A stretch of 64,000 bases of DNA from assembly GCA_048938005.1 (NCBI GenBank), contig JBHLMQ010000002.1:64001-128000 (forward strand). Direction: 5' to 3'. A program made the position numbers and the translations under genes. Numbering within the stretch: position 1 is the first letter of the stretch; each line of letters starts with the position of its first letter. Positions 26,127 to 36,701 of this stretch are shown in pieces. The notes beneath the pieces are model-generated. The model searched no databases, was not told where the DNA came from, and saw nothing but the letters and a program-made list of their open reading frames with translations. The DNA comes from Promethearchaeota archaeon (GTDB lineage: Archaea > Asgardarchaeota > Lokiarchaeia > Sigyniarchaeales > SOKP01).

Positions 26127-28991
26127 TTAAAATGATATACCCTTATTTCGCGCTATGTATTTAACTATCTCGAAGGATACAATACATATTAATGAGATTA
26201 GAAAGCAGACTAACCAATCGAGACCAGTTAAAAACATAAACATGAAATTAATACCTGAATCCGCCAAAAAAACTTGAACTCCAGGGATATACATCAGCAT
26301 TAAGTAAACAAGAAAAAGAAATCCTATAATTAGATAATTTCTTCGTTTACTGTCTTCTATAAAGCTTTTTATTAAAGACTTATTGGGACGTCTAATCTGA
26401 AAAACTAAAAAAGATTCACAGAAAAAGAGGGTTGTCATTAACATTGTAAGAGTTTTTCCCACTTTCAAATTAACACCATCTGAATACAGGTATAAATCAT
26501 TGAGTGCACCAAAATTCCAATTTTCAAAACTAACACCATAAATTCCACTATAAGTTATATAATAAACTAGAAGCATACTTACAGCCAGTAATATTCCATA
26601 TATGAATAAGAGACCAACAGTATTTTTTGAAAGGATTTCTTCCGAATCACGTGGTTTTTCTTTCATTACATCTTTAGACGTAGTGTCAAATGTGAGTATT
26701 AATCCCGGAAAGACATGTAAAGTTATCGCTAAAAATATCCATTGATAATAGAAAGGCTCATCTAAAAAGTATGGCAAATTAAGTACTATAGCTAAGATGA
26801 ATTGAACTATTCCTTCAAAAACATTTATACAAATATAAAAAAATACTACTGCTCGAATTCTTGCGAAAATTCCTCTTCCATGATTGATGCCTGTAACAAT
26901 CGAGTTGAAAGAATCATCTGAAATAACCATATCAGAAGCTTCTTTAGCTACATCTGTTCCGGTAATACCCATTGCGATTCCTACATCAGCCATGTTAAGT
27001 GCTAAAGCATCATTTACGCCATCTCCAGTCATCGCAACGACCTTATTCTCCTCCTGATATTTTTCTACAATATCCTCTTTATGTTCCGGAGAAACTCTGG
27101 CGAAAACTTTTACTGGTTTGAATTCTTCATATGATTTAATATCTTTAACCATCTTTCCCTCTACAGCTATTTCATTTTCATCAGTTACAATGGCAATTTG
27201 CGATGCTATGGCCCTTGCTGTAGTAGGGGAATCCCCTGTAATCATGACAACACCCACACCCGCTTCATGACACTGCCTTACTGATTCTCTTACCCCTTCT
27301 CTTGGAGGGTCCAATATTGTTACAAAACCAATAAAAATCAAATCCGATTCACTTACTTTTCTTCCTTCATCTCCTTCAGGTGGAATTGTATCCATTACTT
27401 TATAACATAAACTTAAAATCCTATAACCCTGATTAGCATATAAATTTACAATTTCCATTACCTTTCTCTTGATATCTTCAGTAAAATTAATTTCAATATC
27501 ATTATATAAAGCCTTGGCACAAAGTGGGATTAGAATTTCACTTGCTCCTTTTGAAAAAGAATAATAGGAGTGATTCCGTTTATAAAGTTTAGTCATCCTT
27601 TTCAATGTGGAATCAAAAGGATATTCTGTTATAGACTCAAAATCATCAAGAAGATAATCTCCCATCCCTTTTTGAAATAAAACCATAAGTGCTCCTTCTG
27701 TGGGAGAACCAACTACGTCCCACTTAGGAATTGTTCTACCAGAAACCGTGATTTCATTTTTTATTAATGCTGAATTGTTATTTAAGAATCCTGAAGTTAA
27801 TAATAATTTAAGAGAAGGATATTCCTCAATGTGTTTCACATAAACTGGATTTTTTGGATCATCCATTAAAATAATCTCTCCCTCTGGAGAATAACCACTA
27901 CCAGTAATTCTAAATATTGAACCATTCGTCCAAGCATGTTGAATAGACATCTGATTTTTTGTTAAAGTTCCTGTCTTATCTGAACAAACTACACTTACTC
28001 TTCCCAAACTATCTACAGATGCTAGATTTCTTATAATGACTCCTACTCGAGCCATAGCTAAGACTCCGGTGATTAGAACAATAGTCACAAGAAGTGGGAT
28101 ATTGATTGGCATAAGATCAAGGGCAGAATTCAGGCTTTCAACAAATTCAAGTCGTGTAAAACTACTTGCTACCCAAATTATTAAAAGTATTATCAACCAA
28201 AAAGTTACAATAATTAATCCTAGCCATTTACCAAAATTATTCATTTTTTGTCTTATAGGAATTTCACTTGTACCTGCCTCTTCTAAACCATGAGAAATCT
28301 TTCCTATCTCTGTATCTCCACCAACTTTCACTACTATAGATTTTCCATTTCCAGTTGTAATATAGGTCCCATAGAATACCATATTACTACGTTCACCAAT
28401 AGCAATATCTCTTTTGTTTATCGCTTTTCCTCTTTCTCCTTTTCTTACAGGTTCAGATTCTCCTGTCAATGATGCTTCATTTACTTCGAGGTTATGTGAT
28501 TCAATTATTCTAGCATCCGCAGGAATTTTGTCTCCTTGGTTCAATGCTAACAAGTCACCAATAACAATTTCTCTAGTTGGAATCTCCTGTTTTTGTCCAT
28601 CCCTGATTATTGTTGAAGTTGGAGCAGTTAATTCTCTTAGTGCTTTTAATTTCTTTGTAGCTCTATATTGTTGAATAATAGCAACCATACAGTTAAGAAA
28701 TACTATGAACAGAGTTAAACCAATGAAAGTCAAATTTCCCTCTGCTCCAAAAAGCACAGCTAAGAATAATATTATTGATGAAACTAAGTAAATCACGATT
28801 AACCAGTTAAATAGAGGAGCTAAATATATTTTAATAAACCCTTTTGAAACTTTAGGGATTTCATTGAATCCATATTTTTCTAAACGTTTTTTAACTTCCC
28901 TTTCGGACAATCCTTTATTAGGATCAGTTTTAAGTTCACGATAAATTTGCCCTAATTCAAGATTATAATAACTTACTTCTGCAGATTCCAT
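26127..28991 (-). CDS. P-type ATPase with P2-like scaffold and non-canonical transport site (M4 PINIP)
   Basis: LTGES, CSDKTGT, KGASE, DPPR, MITGD, TGDGVNDA and about 10 TM helices. Confidence 0.93.
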   Translation of the reverse strand: MESAEVSYYNLELGQIYRELKTDPNKGLSEREVKKRLEKYGFNEIPKVSKGFIKIYLAPLFNWLIVIYLVSSIILFLAVLFGAEGNLTFIGLTLFIVFLNCMVAIIQQYRATKKLKALRELTAPTSTIIRDGQKQEIPTREIVIGDLLALNQGDKIPADARIIESHNLEVNEASLTGESEPVRKGERGKAINKRDIAIGERSNMVFYGTYITTGNGKSIVVKVGGDTEIGKISHGLEEAGTSEIPIRQKMNNFGKWLGLIIVTFWLIILLIIWVASSFTRLEFVESLNSALDLMPINIPLLVTIVLITGVLAMARVGVIIRNLASVDSLGRVSVVCSDKTGTLTKNQMSIQHAWTNGSIFRITGSGYSPEGEIILMDDPKNPVYVKHIEEYPSLKLLLTSGFLNNNSALIKNEITVSGRTIPKWDVVGSPTEGALMVLFQKGMGDYLLDDFESITEYPFDSTLKRMTKLYKRNHSYYSFSKGASEILIPLCAKALYNDIEINFTEDIKRKVMEIVNLYANQGYRILSLCYKVMDTIPPEGDEGRKVSESDLIFIGFVTILDPPREGVRESVRQCHEAGVGVVMITGDSPTTARAIASQIAIVTDENEIAVEGKMVKDIKSYEEFKPVKVFARVSPEHKEDIVEKYQEENKVVAMTGDGVNDALALNMADVGIAMGITGTDVAKEASDMVISDDSFNSIVTGINHGRGIFARIRAVVFFYICINVFEGIVQFILAIVLNLPYFLDEPFYYQWIFLAITLHVFPGLILTFDTTSKDVMKEKPRDSEEILSKNTVGLLFIYGILLAVSMLLVYYITYSGIYGVSFENWNFGALNDLYLYSDGVNLKVGKTLTMLMTTLFFCESFLVFQIRRPNKSLIKSFIEDSKRRNYLIIGFLFLVYLMLMYIPGVQVFLADSGINFMFMFLTGLDWLVCFLISLICIVSFEIVKYIARNKGISF

Positions 28992-29116
28992 AGTGAGTCT
29001 TCCACAGTTTTTAATATAATTTAAAGATAATTGAATTCAAAATTCTAATCAATATAATAAATAACCAATAATAATCATGCTTTAAAAAATTAAATATTTC
29101 TTATCAAGAAGTATTT

Positions 29117-31987
29117 TTAAAAATAAATATTTCTCCTTCTAACAATGTATTTAAATATCTCAATACCGATTATACCAGGTAAAGCAAGTAAAATACAAAT
29201 TAACCAATCGTCAAAACTTAAGAATAAAAAATTTAAATTAAGACCAAGCAAGTTATTTATAAAACTATTTACTGAAGATGAGAAGCACACTAATAAGACA
29301 TGAATTGCCAATGCAAATAAACAAATGAAAAGAAGTGGTTTATACAATTCTTCAGTTATACTCTTATACGCTGATTTATTTGGCCGTCTAAACGTCCAAA
29401 CAAAAAATGCTTCGAAAACATATATTGTTGTAATAAACATTGTCCTTGCTTTCATCTGTGTTAATTCTAATGGAGTAGATCCTATTGGGATATAACTTAA
29501 AGATGGATTTGTATTCCAAGGATTTAAAGGTATAATGCCTCCTAAAGTCAGTTGCAAAGCTAAAAATAGACCTAGTCCTCCTAATAAAGCTTGTATTAAA
29601 AGTAAAATCCAGAGTTTTTTACTTAATAATTCTTCTTCATTCCTTGGAGGTTCTTTCATAACATCTTTAGGATGTATATCAATAACGAGCGCCAATGAAG
29701 GGAGAGAATGCATAATTCCAAAAATATATATGTGTTGCCAATTCGAAGCAAATAGCTCAAATCCAATAAAGGGTTCGATAAGTTCAAAGGTAAAAAATGT
29801 TACTCCCTCCATAATATTAATACATATAAAGAAAAAAATAATAGTCCTTATTTTAGCAAAAATTCCTCTCCCAATTTTAACCCCTTGCTTAATGGATGAA
29901 AAATTATCATCAGTTATTACCATATCTGAAGTTTCTTTAGCGAGGTCGGTTCCAGTAATTCCCATTGCTACTCCTGCATTAGCCAGTTTTAAAGCAGGTG
30001 CATCATTGATACCATCTCCTGTCATAGCGCAAATTAGATCCTGCTTTTGATAATTTTCTACAATAATTTCTTTATCAGTTGGTTCTACACGCGCAAAAAC
30101 AGTTGTTTTGTTAAACTCAGCTAAAGGTAATTCTTTTATTTGATTGCCCGCAGCAACGAGATCTCCCTCTCTGTAAATCTCCATTTCAGAAGCAATAGTT
30201 TTTGCCGTTGCTGGATGGTCTCCAGTTACCATTACAACTTTAACTCCCCCACTCTGGCATTCTTTAACAGATTCTTTAACTCCTTGTCGGGGTGGATCCA
30301 TTATTGAAACAAAACCTAAGAAAATTAACTCTTTTTCCACTTCTTCTCTTTTTAAATCATCAACTTTTTGTATATTTTTATAAGCAACTGCTAATGTTCT
30401 AAATCCTTGATTAGCACGCTCAATTATTTTGTTTAAAATTAGATTTTTAGATTTTTCATCAAGATCTTTTAAAATTCCATCGATTTCAATTTGAGATGAT
30501 ATTTCCAACATTCGTTCAGGAGCACCCTTTGAAAAAGCAATAACTGTTGGATTATTTTCAGCTGTAGTGCAAATAGTAGTCATTCTTTTAACTTCTGAAC
30601 TAAATGAAAACTCGGTTTTTTTATCATATCTATTCTTGATGTCATATGGGAATATTCCCGCTTTTTCTGCTAAAACCAGTAATGCTGCTTCTGTGGGAGA
30701 TCCATAAGCTCTCCTTACTGCTTTCTCTCTCATACCCTTTAATTTTACTTTAATATCTTCGAATTCAAGTCTTGCAGTATTATTAACAACAATTGAATCA
30801 ATAAATTTATTAAAAGTTTTATCAGCTTTTAAATCAATAGGTGTACTATTTTTTAAAATCAATCCCTCTGCATCATATCCAGCCCCGGTAACATTATATT
30901 CTTGTTCGTTTAGCCAAAATTTTTCAACAGTCATTTCATTTTTTGTAATTGTTCCAGTTTTGTCTGAAGCAATTACAGACACACGCCCAAGCGATTCAAT
31001 AGCAGATAAATTCTTTATGATCACTCCACTCTGAGCCATATTTAATACACCTGTAATAAGAACTAATGTAGAGAGTAATGGTAAATTAATAGGAACAACA
31101 TTCATTGCCCTTATTATAGAATCAGTAAAAGCATTTACAATTTCATCTTGAATAAGATTATTTTGAATAGCTAAAATGGTGAGTTTGAAGGATATTAAAA
31201 TAATTAGATTGATTATTACAATAATTCCAAGGATTTTTCCGAGTCTATTCAACTTTCTGGTTAGGGGAATATCTTCTATACTACCCATTTCATTTAAAGT
31301 CTGGGAAATTTTTCCAATTTCTGTTTTAGTCCCTGTACCTGTTATTAATTCTTTTGCATTTCCAGTATAAACGTAAGTTCCCATAAATACCATATTGGAT
31401 TGATTTTGAATAGGTAATTGTTTTTTCTCTAAAGTATCACTATATTTTTCTACCGGCTCACTTTCACCTGTTAAAGGCGCTTCATCAACACTTAAATTCA
31501 TAGATTCTATAATACGGCCATCAGCAGGAATTTTATCCCCTTGCGTGAGTATAACTATATCTCCGGGAATTAAATCTCTCGTATTTACCTCAATATGTTT
31601 ACCATCTCTTAGGACAGTTGCTTTAAGTGCAGAAATTTCTCTTAGGGATTCTAATGCTTTTTGTGCTCGAAATTGCTGGATTATAGCGGTGATCGAATTA
31701 ATTATAACTACTGTAAAAGTTATTATCTGTGTGTCACCCCTACCTAATATTACGATAATGATTCCAGTTATAAGGAGAATCATTATTAAGAAATTGAAAA
31801 GAGGTGCAAGGTAAATTTTCCATATACTTTTCTTAATCTTAGGTAATTCATTGTAACCATATTTTAGATATCTTTCACTCAATACAGAAGATTTTAATCC
31901 CTGATCTGGATCAGTATTAAATCTCTCTAATAATTCATTAATAGGTAGATTATAATAAAATTCATCAGATCCAAGTTTGATTGACAT
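29117..31987 (-). CDS. P-type ATPase with P2-like scaffold and non-canonical transport site (M4 PINLP); tandem paralog
   Basis: LTGES, ASDKTGT, KGAPE, DPPR, MVTGD, TGDGINDAP and about 10 TM helices. Confidence 0.93.
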   Translation of the reverse strand: MSIKLGSDEFYYNLPINELLERFNTDPDQGLKSSVLSERYLKYGYNELPKIKKSIWKIYLAPLFNFLIMILLITGIIIVILGRGDTQIITFTVVIINSITAIIQQFRAQKALESLREISALKATVLRDGKHIEVNTRDLIPGDIVILTQGDKIPADGRIIESMNLSVDEAPLTGESEPVEKYSDTLEKKQLPIQNQSNMVFMGTYVYTGNAKELITGTGTKTEIGKISQTLNEMGSIEDIPLTRKLNRLGKILGIIVIINLIILISFKLTILAIQNNLIQDEIVNAFTDSIIRAMNVVPINLPLLSTLVLITGVLNMAQSGVIIKNLSAIESLGRVSVIASDKTGTITKNEMTVEKFWLNEQEYNVTGAGYDAEGLILKNSTPIDLKADKTFNKFIDSIVVNNTARLEFEDIKVKLKGMREKAVRRAYGSPTEAALLVLAEKAGIFPYDIKNRYDKKTEFSFSSEVKRMTTICTTAENNPTVIAFSKGAPERMLEISSQIEIDGILKDLDEKSKNLILNKIIERANQGFRTLAVAYKNIQKVDDLKREEVEKELIFLGFVSIMDPPRQGVKESVKECQSGGVKVVMVTGDHPATAKTIASEMEIYREGDLVAAGNQIKELPLAEFNKTTVFARVEPTDKEIIVENYQKQDLICAMTGDGINDAPALKLANAGVAMGITGTDLAKETSDMVITDDNFSSIKQGVKIGRGIFAKIRTIIFFFICINIMEGVTFFTFELIEPFIGFELFASNWQHIYIFGIMHSLPSLALVIDIHPKDVMKEPPRNEEELLSKKLWILLLIQALLGGLGLFLALQLTLGGIIPLNPWNTNPSLSYIPIGSTPLELTQMKARTMFITTIYVFEAFFVWTFRRPNKSAYKSITEELYKPLLFICLFALAIHVLLVCFSSSVNSFINNLLGLNLNFLFLSFDDWLICILLALPGIIGIEIFKYIVRRRNIYF

Positions 31988-32109
31988 ATTTGAAATAATT
32001 AAACCATAAAATTTACTTTAAATATTTAATAATAAAGTTTCTACAGTTTTTAATGGTTTATTATTTAATAAAAAAGTTTTCAATACTAGACAAATTTGAT
32101 TATAAGTCT

Positions 32110-33060
32110 TCAAGGATCTCCAAGGAGATCTCTTAAAGTATGATATTTCTTTCTAATTGTAGTACTTGAGAATTTACTATATTTCTCGATAAGGCTTTGC
32201 GTAAAAATCTTCCTGTTTTCTAGAGTTTGTGAAATATAATAAATTAATCCTGCTACAAAAGCCTTATAATTAATGTTTTGAATGTTTTCATATGTAATTT
32301 CATTGAGAATTTTATCCGCTGATAACTGCATATTAAGCTTTATCTTTTCGAATTGAGCCTTGTTTGAAAAAAAATCTTGCACCTCTTCAAAAGGAATACT
32401 GTTTAAATCTTTTTGAAAAACTATCTTTATTCTATTTTTAATTTGTTTTTCTAAATCTGTAGGGCTCATCTTTTCTTTAAACATCTTCTCCGTCCTTTTC
32501 ACTTTTAACATAGCGTTATTAAGCATTTTTTTATTAATTTTATGACCTAACTCTCTCGATACATCAATATATTCTTCGATTCGTATATTTGTAGTATCTT
32601 TTATTTGCATCCATACAATAGCAAGAAAAATTATAACCATATTTTGATAATTGTGGCGATGGTATTTATTATAGCGTAAATAGCGATCTTTAATTTCTTG
32701 ATACTTTACGTTATCAATATTTAATCCAATCCCATGACTTTTAAGTAATTCAATTGTTTTTTTTTGCTCAGTAAAGTCAGATTCATAGTCTCTGAACCAT
32801 TTTTCAAGTGTTTTTATTCGGTCATATTTTTCTTTGATTACAGGATCTTGAAGTGCTTTAGAATCACCTACCCTAATTCTTCTTTCATAATCTCTCTGTG
32901 CTTCTGTAAAAAACTCACTTGTTGATCTTGTATCCGCGAAAGCAACTTTATCTTCCATAATTAAGCCACAATCTTGGCAAACAATAAAACCACTATCTTG
33001 TTTGGTATTCTTATGAGAGCACTCAGAGATTTCCGAAATAACTTTCTTTTTATCTTTCAA
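32110..33060 (-). CDS. Divergent TFB/TFIIB-related protein (Zn ribbon plus cyclin-like repeats)
   Basis: N-terminal CSH..GFIVCQDCGL ribbon. C-terminal AFVAGLIYY...TQS......SSTTIRKKY..L parallels the second cyclin repeat of TFB. TTG start. Confidence 0.65.
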   Translation of the reverse strand: MKDKKKVISEISECSHKNTKQDSGFIVCQDCGLIMEDKVAFADTRSTSEFFTEAQRDYERRIRVGDSKALQDPVIKEKYDRIKTLEKWFRDYESDFTEQKKTIELLKSHGIGLNIDNVKYQEIKDRYLRYNKYHRHNYQNMVIIFLAIVWMQIKDTTNIRIEEYIDVSRELGHKINKKMLNNAMLKVKRTEKMFKEKMSPTDLEKQIKNRIKIVFQKDLNSIPFEEVQDFFSNKAQFEKIKLNMQLSADKILNEITYENIQNINYKAFVAGLIYYISQTLENRKIFTQSLIEKYSKFSSTTIRKKYHTLRDLLGDP

Positions 33061-33212
33061 AAGACAATCAGTTTAAAACTTTTAGTTTTACTAAAATAGA
33101 ATCTGGTAAAAAAACAATAATATTAAAAATTTTTATTAATTCCAAAAACAATAATAAGATTAATTGCATAAAAAAGTTTCTTGCTTTTTTAATCAATTTA
33201 AGTGGATTTAAA

Positions 33213-33797
33213 ATGGAATATAAAAAAGTTCTTAAATTTGTTGAAATCGTTGGTTCTATATTTATAATTATTTCAATAATCGAGATTGCATATATTATTT
33301 TGTTAAATTTTACTCAATTTAATATTGATGGTACCTCACTTATGTTATCAGAATTTATTTATTCTGCCTCAATCATCCCACTTTCAGGAACAATATTATG
33401 GCTTTTCCTGAATGCTTCTATGGTTTGTTTTTTAATCCTTGGAATTTTCATGTATAAGATAGCTTCAGATAAAAACATTGAAAGCAACCCATTAGCAAAA
33501 TTTTTAGTTGTTAATGGTATGGTGATTCTATTAGTAGGTTTTGTTAAAATGAATTATTTAGTACTATTAGGAAAAGAAAAGATTACAACCCTTTCCGGCT
33601 CAATTCCTTTTCAAACTGCGCTTTTTGATCGTAATATTACTCCACTTATGCCTGGAATATTCTGGACTTTCTTTATTTCAGTAAATTGTGCGATTTTAAT
33701 AACTGGACTAGCAGTAACAGCAGTTGGAATAAAATGGACTCTCCTAAAAGAACAAGCTGAAAAATCTAAATTAAATATTCAAAAAGAGAAAAAATAA
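33213..33797 (+). CDS. Hypothetical 4-TM membrane protein
   Basis: 194 aa ORF with four hydrophobic segments. Confidence 0.7.
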   Translation: MEYKKVLKFVEIVGSIFIIISIIEIAYIILLNFTQFNIDGTSLMLSEFIYSASIIPLSGTILWLFLNASMVCFLILGIFMYKIASDKNIESNPLAKFLVVNGMVILLVGFVKMNYLVLLGKEKITTLSGSIPFQTALFDRNITPLMPGIFWTFFISVNCAILITGLAVTAVGIKWTLLKEQAEKSKLNIQKEKK

Positions 33798-33799
33798 GT

Positions 33800-34726
33800 T
33801 TAAGATAATTTACTTTTTATTTGTTTTGCACGAGAACGTAGAGTAACCTCTGTAATCTTAGCTACATCAGCTACTTTTGATTGGGTTTTACGAATTGAAC
33901 CATTTTTAGCTGCAATATAAATACAAGCAGCAGCTAATCCTTTCGGGTCTTTTCCAGTCCTTTTTAACCCATTTTTAGAAGCGTCTTTTAACATATTAAT
34001 TGCGGTTTTTTGAATCTGAATAGGTAAGTCGAGCTCATTCCCAAATCGAAATACCAATGATTCCGCAGTTATTGGCTGATATCTTAAATTAAGTTCTGGT
34101 AACACCTCTCGAATAATCATAGCTAAACTTCTGTGAACAGTCCTTCTTGGTGTTAATGATGCTTCACAAATCTCATCTAATAATCGTGGAAAATCATGAA
34201 CGCGAATAGAAGCATATAATGACCCAGAAATAAATCCATTTATTGATCTCCCCATAGTCAATTTCTTTTTCGCGACTACACTGTATATTTTCCAGGCAGT
34301 TTCGGCAATATATTCTGGGATATTGAGTTTAGAAGTTAGCATTTTCAATTTAGGCTTTGCTTCCCAAAAATTCCTTTCAATGCTTGAAATTAATGAGTTT
34401 TGAATTTTTGAGAGTCGAGAGAAAAGGGCTTGCTCTTTGGCACCTATACTCTTCCCCTTGCTGTCTGTCTTAGTGTTCGGGAGCATAGTGCGAGGTCCAA
34501 AATCCCTCCAACGAGGTTCTGTCCTACGTCGGTTCTGTATTTCCTCGATTGTATACGCGCGTCTTTCATTTCCGACAAAGGTTCTTTCGAAGATGACTCC
34601 GCAATTTAGACAAACTTTATTTCCATCCCGAGATTCAATAAACGGATTATCACAGCATTCAGATTGGGGTAATTGATTTTCATCGATTTTAGTATTTTTC
34701 AAAAAGTCACGATATTGCTCATTCAT
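33800..34726 (-). CDS. tfb: Transcription initiation factor IIB (TFB)
   Basis: Zn ribbon (CC..VCLNCG), ERRAY..RRRTEP, RLSKIQ, ERN, LTMGRS, GKDPKGLAAACIY and TQ.KVA.VAKITEVTLRSR. ATG 34726 preferred over TTG 34753. Confidence 0.93.
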   Translation of the reverse strand: MNEQYRDFLKNTKIDENQLPQSECCDNPFIESRDGNKVCLNCGVIFERTFVGNERRAYTIEEIQNRRRTEPRWRDFGPRTMLPNTKTDSKGKSIGAKEQALFSRLSKIQNSLISSIERNFWEAKPKLKMLTSKLNIPEYIAETAWKIYSVVAKKKLTMGRSINGFISGSLYASIRVHDFPRLLDEICEASLTPRRTVHRSLAMIIREVLPELNLRYQPITAESLVFRFGNELDLPIQIQKTAINMLKDASKNGLKRTGKDPKGLAAACIYIAAKNGSIRKTQSKVADVAKITEVTLRSRAKQIKSKLS

Positions 34727-35040
34727 AGTGATCACGGGGTAACAAATTGTCAAAAAAGCGCTAACTACATCATATCACAGCTATTAATTTATTAATATAC
34801 GGTGATATGCTTATAGATCAAAGTTATGTATTTAAATATTTTGAAAAAAGATTGTTGAATGTGATTTTTTCTGAATTTTTTTTTAATAAATTATAAAGAG
34901 ATAAGGCTATTTTATCAATTTTTAAAAAATAAAATAAAAAATTTGTCAAAGTGTTTAATTTCTTATTAATTATTAGTGATTAGGTCAATATTCTACAGAA
35001 TGTTTTAATTGAAAAATAGAAAAAAAAGGATTTTTTATTT

Positions 35041-35352
35041 TTAATTTTTTATTACGGCTTCTAATTTTTGTTTAGTTTCAACAACTTCATTATATTTTCT
35101 TCTAATATATTTTATTAGTTTTATTAGAAGAATTGTTCCTACTATTGCCATAGTGAATAAAATTAAAGTACTATAAGGAGTAAATGAGCAATGTGCATAA
35201 TATCCTAGATAACACGGCTTACTTGCATCATCTGGAATAAAGGTCATAATCCCAGCAGAAATTCCACCTATTACTAATGATACTACAAATATTATGTAGA
35301 ATAATAATAGGAATACTTTTATGATATTTTTTAATATTTTTTTTATTTCCAA
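35041..35352 (-). CDS. Small 2-TM membrane protein with a Cys-containing loop
   Basis: Two hydrophobic helices flank ASKPCYLGYYAHCSFTP. TTG start. Confidence 0.65.
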   Translation of the reverse strand: MEIKKILKNIIKVFLLLFYIIFVVSLVIGGISAGIMTFIPDDASKPCYLGYYAHCSFTPYSTLILFTMAIVGTILLIKLIKYIRRKYNEVVETKQKLEAVIKN

Positions 35353-35634
35353 CTTTTTTCACCAAATTTAGGTTTGAGTTAATTTATTATTCAAAATCAT
35401 CCTCATATATTTCCATGTACGCTGAGAATTAGAAAAAATAATTAATATTAACAAAAGAAAGAATAATATTTTACATTGAAAAGTCAAAAAACTACGAGTT
35501 ATATAGTTCATTTATCAACTAATTGGTTGAAAATCTAATTATATTTGGTAATGAAATAGGTTAATTTAATCACGCTGACCTAAACTTAGAATTATATCGA
35601 GTAGCATTCCATATATAAATTAAAAAATTATGAG

Positions 35635-35832
35635 GTGATAATGATTAGTTTTAATTGTCCTTGCCCAAAAACAGGATGTTCGAACCATGGCAATTGTGAA
35701 GAATGTACCAAATATCACTCAACTTCAAACAGCTTGCCTTTTTGCCAACGCGAACATGGTTTTTTCACAAAAATTTTTTATAGAAAAAATTATGAAATGG
35801 TTCAAATGTTAAAAAGTGAGGGGAAAATATGA
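35635..35832 (+). CDS. Small Cys/His-rich metal-binding protein
   Basis: CPCPKTGCSNHGNCEEC...H....LPFC. The stop overlaps the flavodoxin start (ATGA). Confidence 0.75.
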   Translation: MIMISFNCPCPKTGCSNHGNCEECTKYHSTSNSLPFCQREHGFFTKIFYRKNYEMVQMLKSEGKI

Positions 35833-36323
35833 AAAAAGCACTAATTCTATATGATTCTGTATATGGAAATACAAAAAAGGTAGCGATGTCATTGAGTCGA
35901 GGATTAGAAGCTGGAGGAGTCTATGTAGATAGTAATTCTATCCAAGATTTTGATATAGAAGATTTAAAATACTATAATATCATTGGAATTGGTGGTCCAA
36001 CACACTATCGTGGAGCTTCGAAAAAAATGAAATCATTTTTAAACAGAATCAAACATCTCAAAATGGAGGATAAATATGGATTTGCTTTTGAGACAAAAGG
36101 AGAATTCCGCTTAGCTGGATCAGCTGCCAAAAGAATTACAAGATATTTAAATAAGTTAAAAATTAAGATTATCCATCACACTATTACTGGGATTGTACTT
36201 GATCAAGAAGGTCCATTAAAAGATGCAACTCTAGATTTAATGGAACGTATTGGATTAAATATCTCAGAAAGAATAAATAATATCAATACTGAATCAGAAC
36301 TTAAAGGAGGGATAAAAATTTGA
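35829..36323 (+). CDS. Flavodoxin family protein
   Basis: YDSVYGNTKKVA, IGIGGPT, FAFETK and GSAA. Confidence 0.9.
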   Translation: MKKALILYDSVYGNTKKVAMSLSRGLEAGGVYVDSNSIQDFDIEDLKYYNIIGIGGPTHYRGASKKMKSFLNRIKHLKMEDKYGFAFETKGEFRLAGSAAKRITRYLNKLKIKIIHHTITGIVLDQEGPLKDATLDLMERIGLNISERINNINTESELKGGIKI

Positions 36324-36661
36324 ACAATTTAAAGGTTAAAATTTTATTAAATCAGTTGAAGTGGATTCTTTTAGGAGGGGGCCCCATATTTTTCTTTATA
36401 CGAGCAATATATCTCGCAAGCACAGGAGGGGATACTTTTAGCACAGTAAATCCAGTTCTTTCTTGGTTTCTCCTCTTTTCAGAAATCAGTATTTCAGCAA
36501 TTTCTGGAAGTGCGGGGATTCTTGGCTTAATATCCTGGAATAGAGACAAACATCAAATAAAATTACACTATAAAAATTATTTGAAGAAAACAGTCTTGTT
36601 TGCAGGTATTACTACCTATATTATCCATTTTATAAGAGTCGCAATTTGGTTAAGTTTATGA
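36320..36661 (+). CDS. Hypothetical 3-TM membrane protein
   Basis: TTGA overlap with the flavodoxin stop, preceded by AAGGAGG. Three hydrophobic segments. Confidence 0.65.
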   Translation: MNNLKVKILLNQLKWILLGGGPIFFFIRAIYLASTGGDTFSTVNPVLSWFLLFSEISISAISGSAGILGLISWNRDKHQIKLHYKNYLKKTVLFAGITTYIIHFIRVAIWLSL

Positions 36662-36701
36662 GGGATATAAGCCGTTTAATCAATAAATTCCTTAATTTTT
36701 T

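Noticed and set aside
26127-31987. Annotation as ordinary Ca2+-transporting ATPases
   Set aside because: The key Ca2+ ligands in M4 (Glu) and M6 (Asn, Asp) are substituted in both copies.
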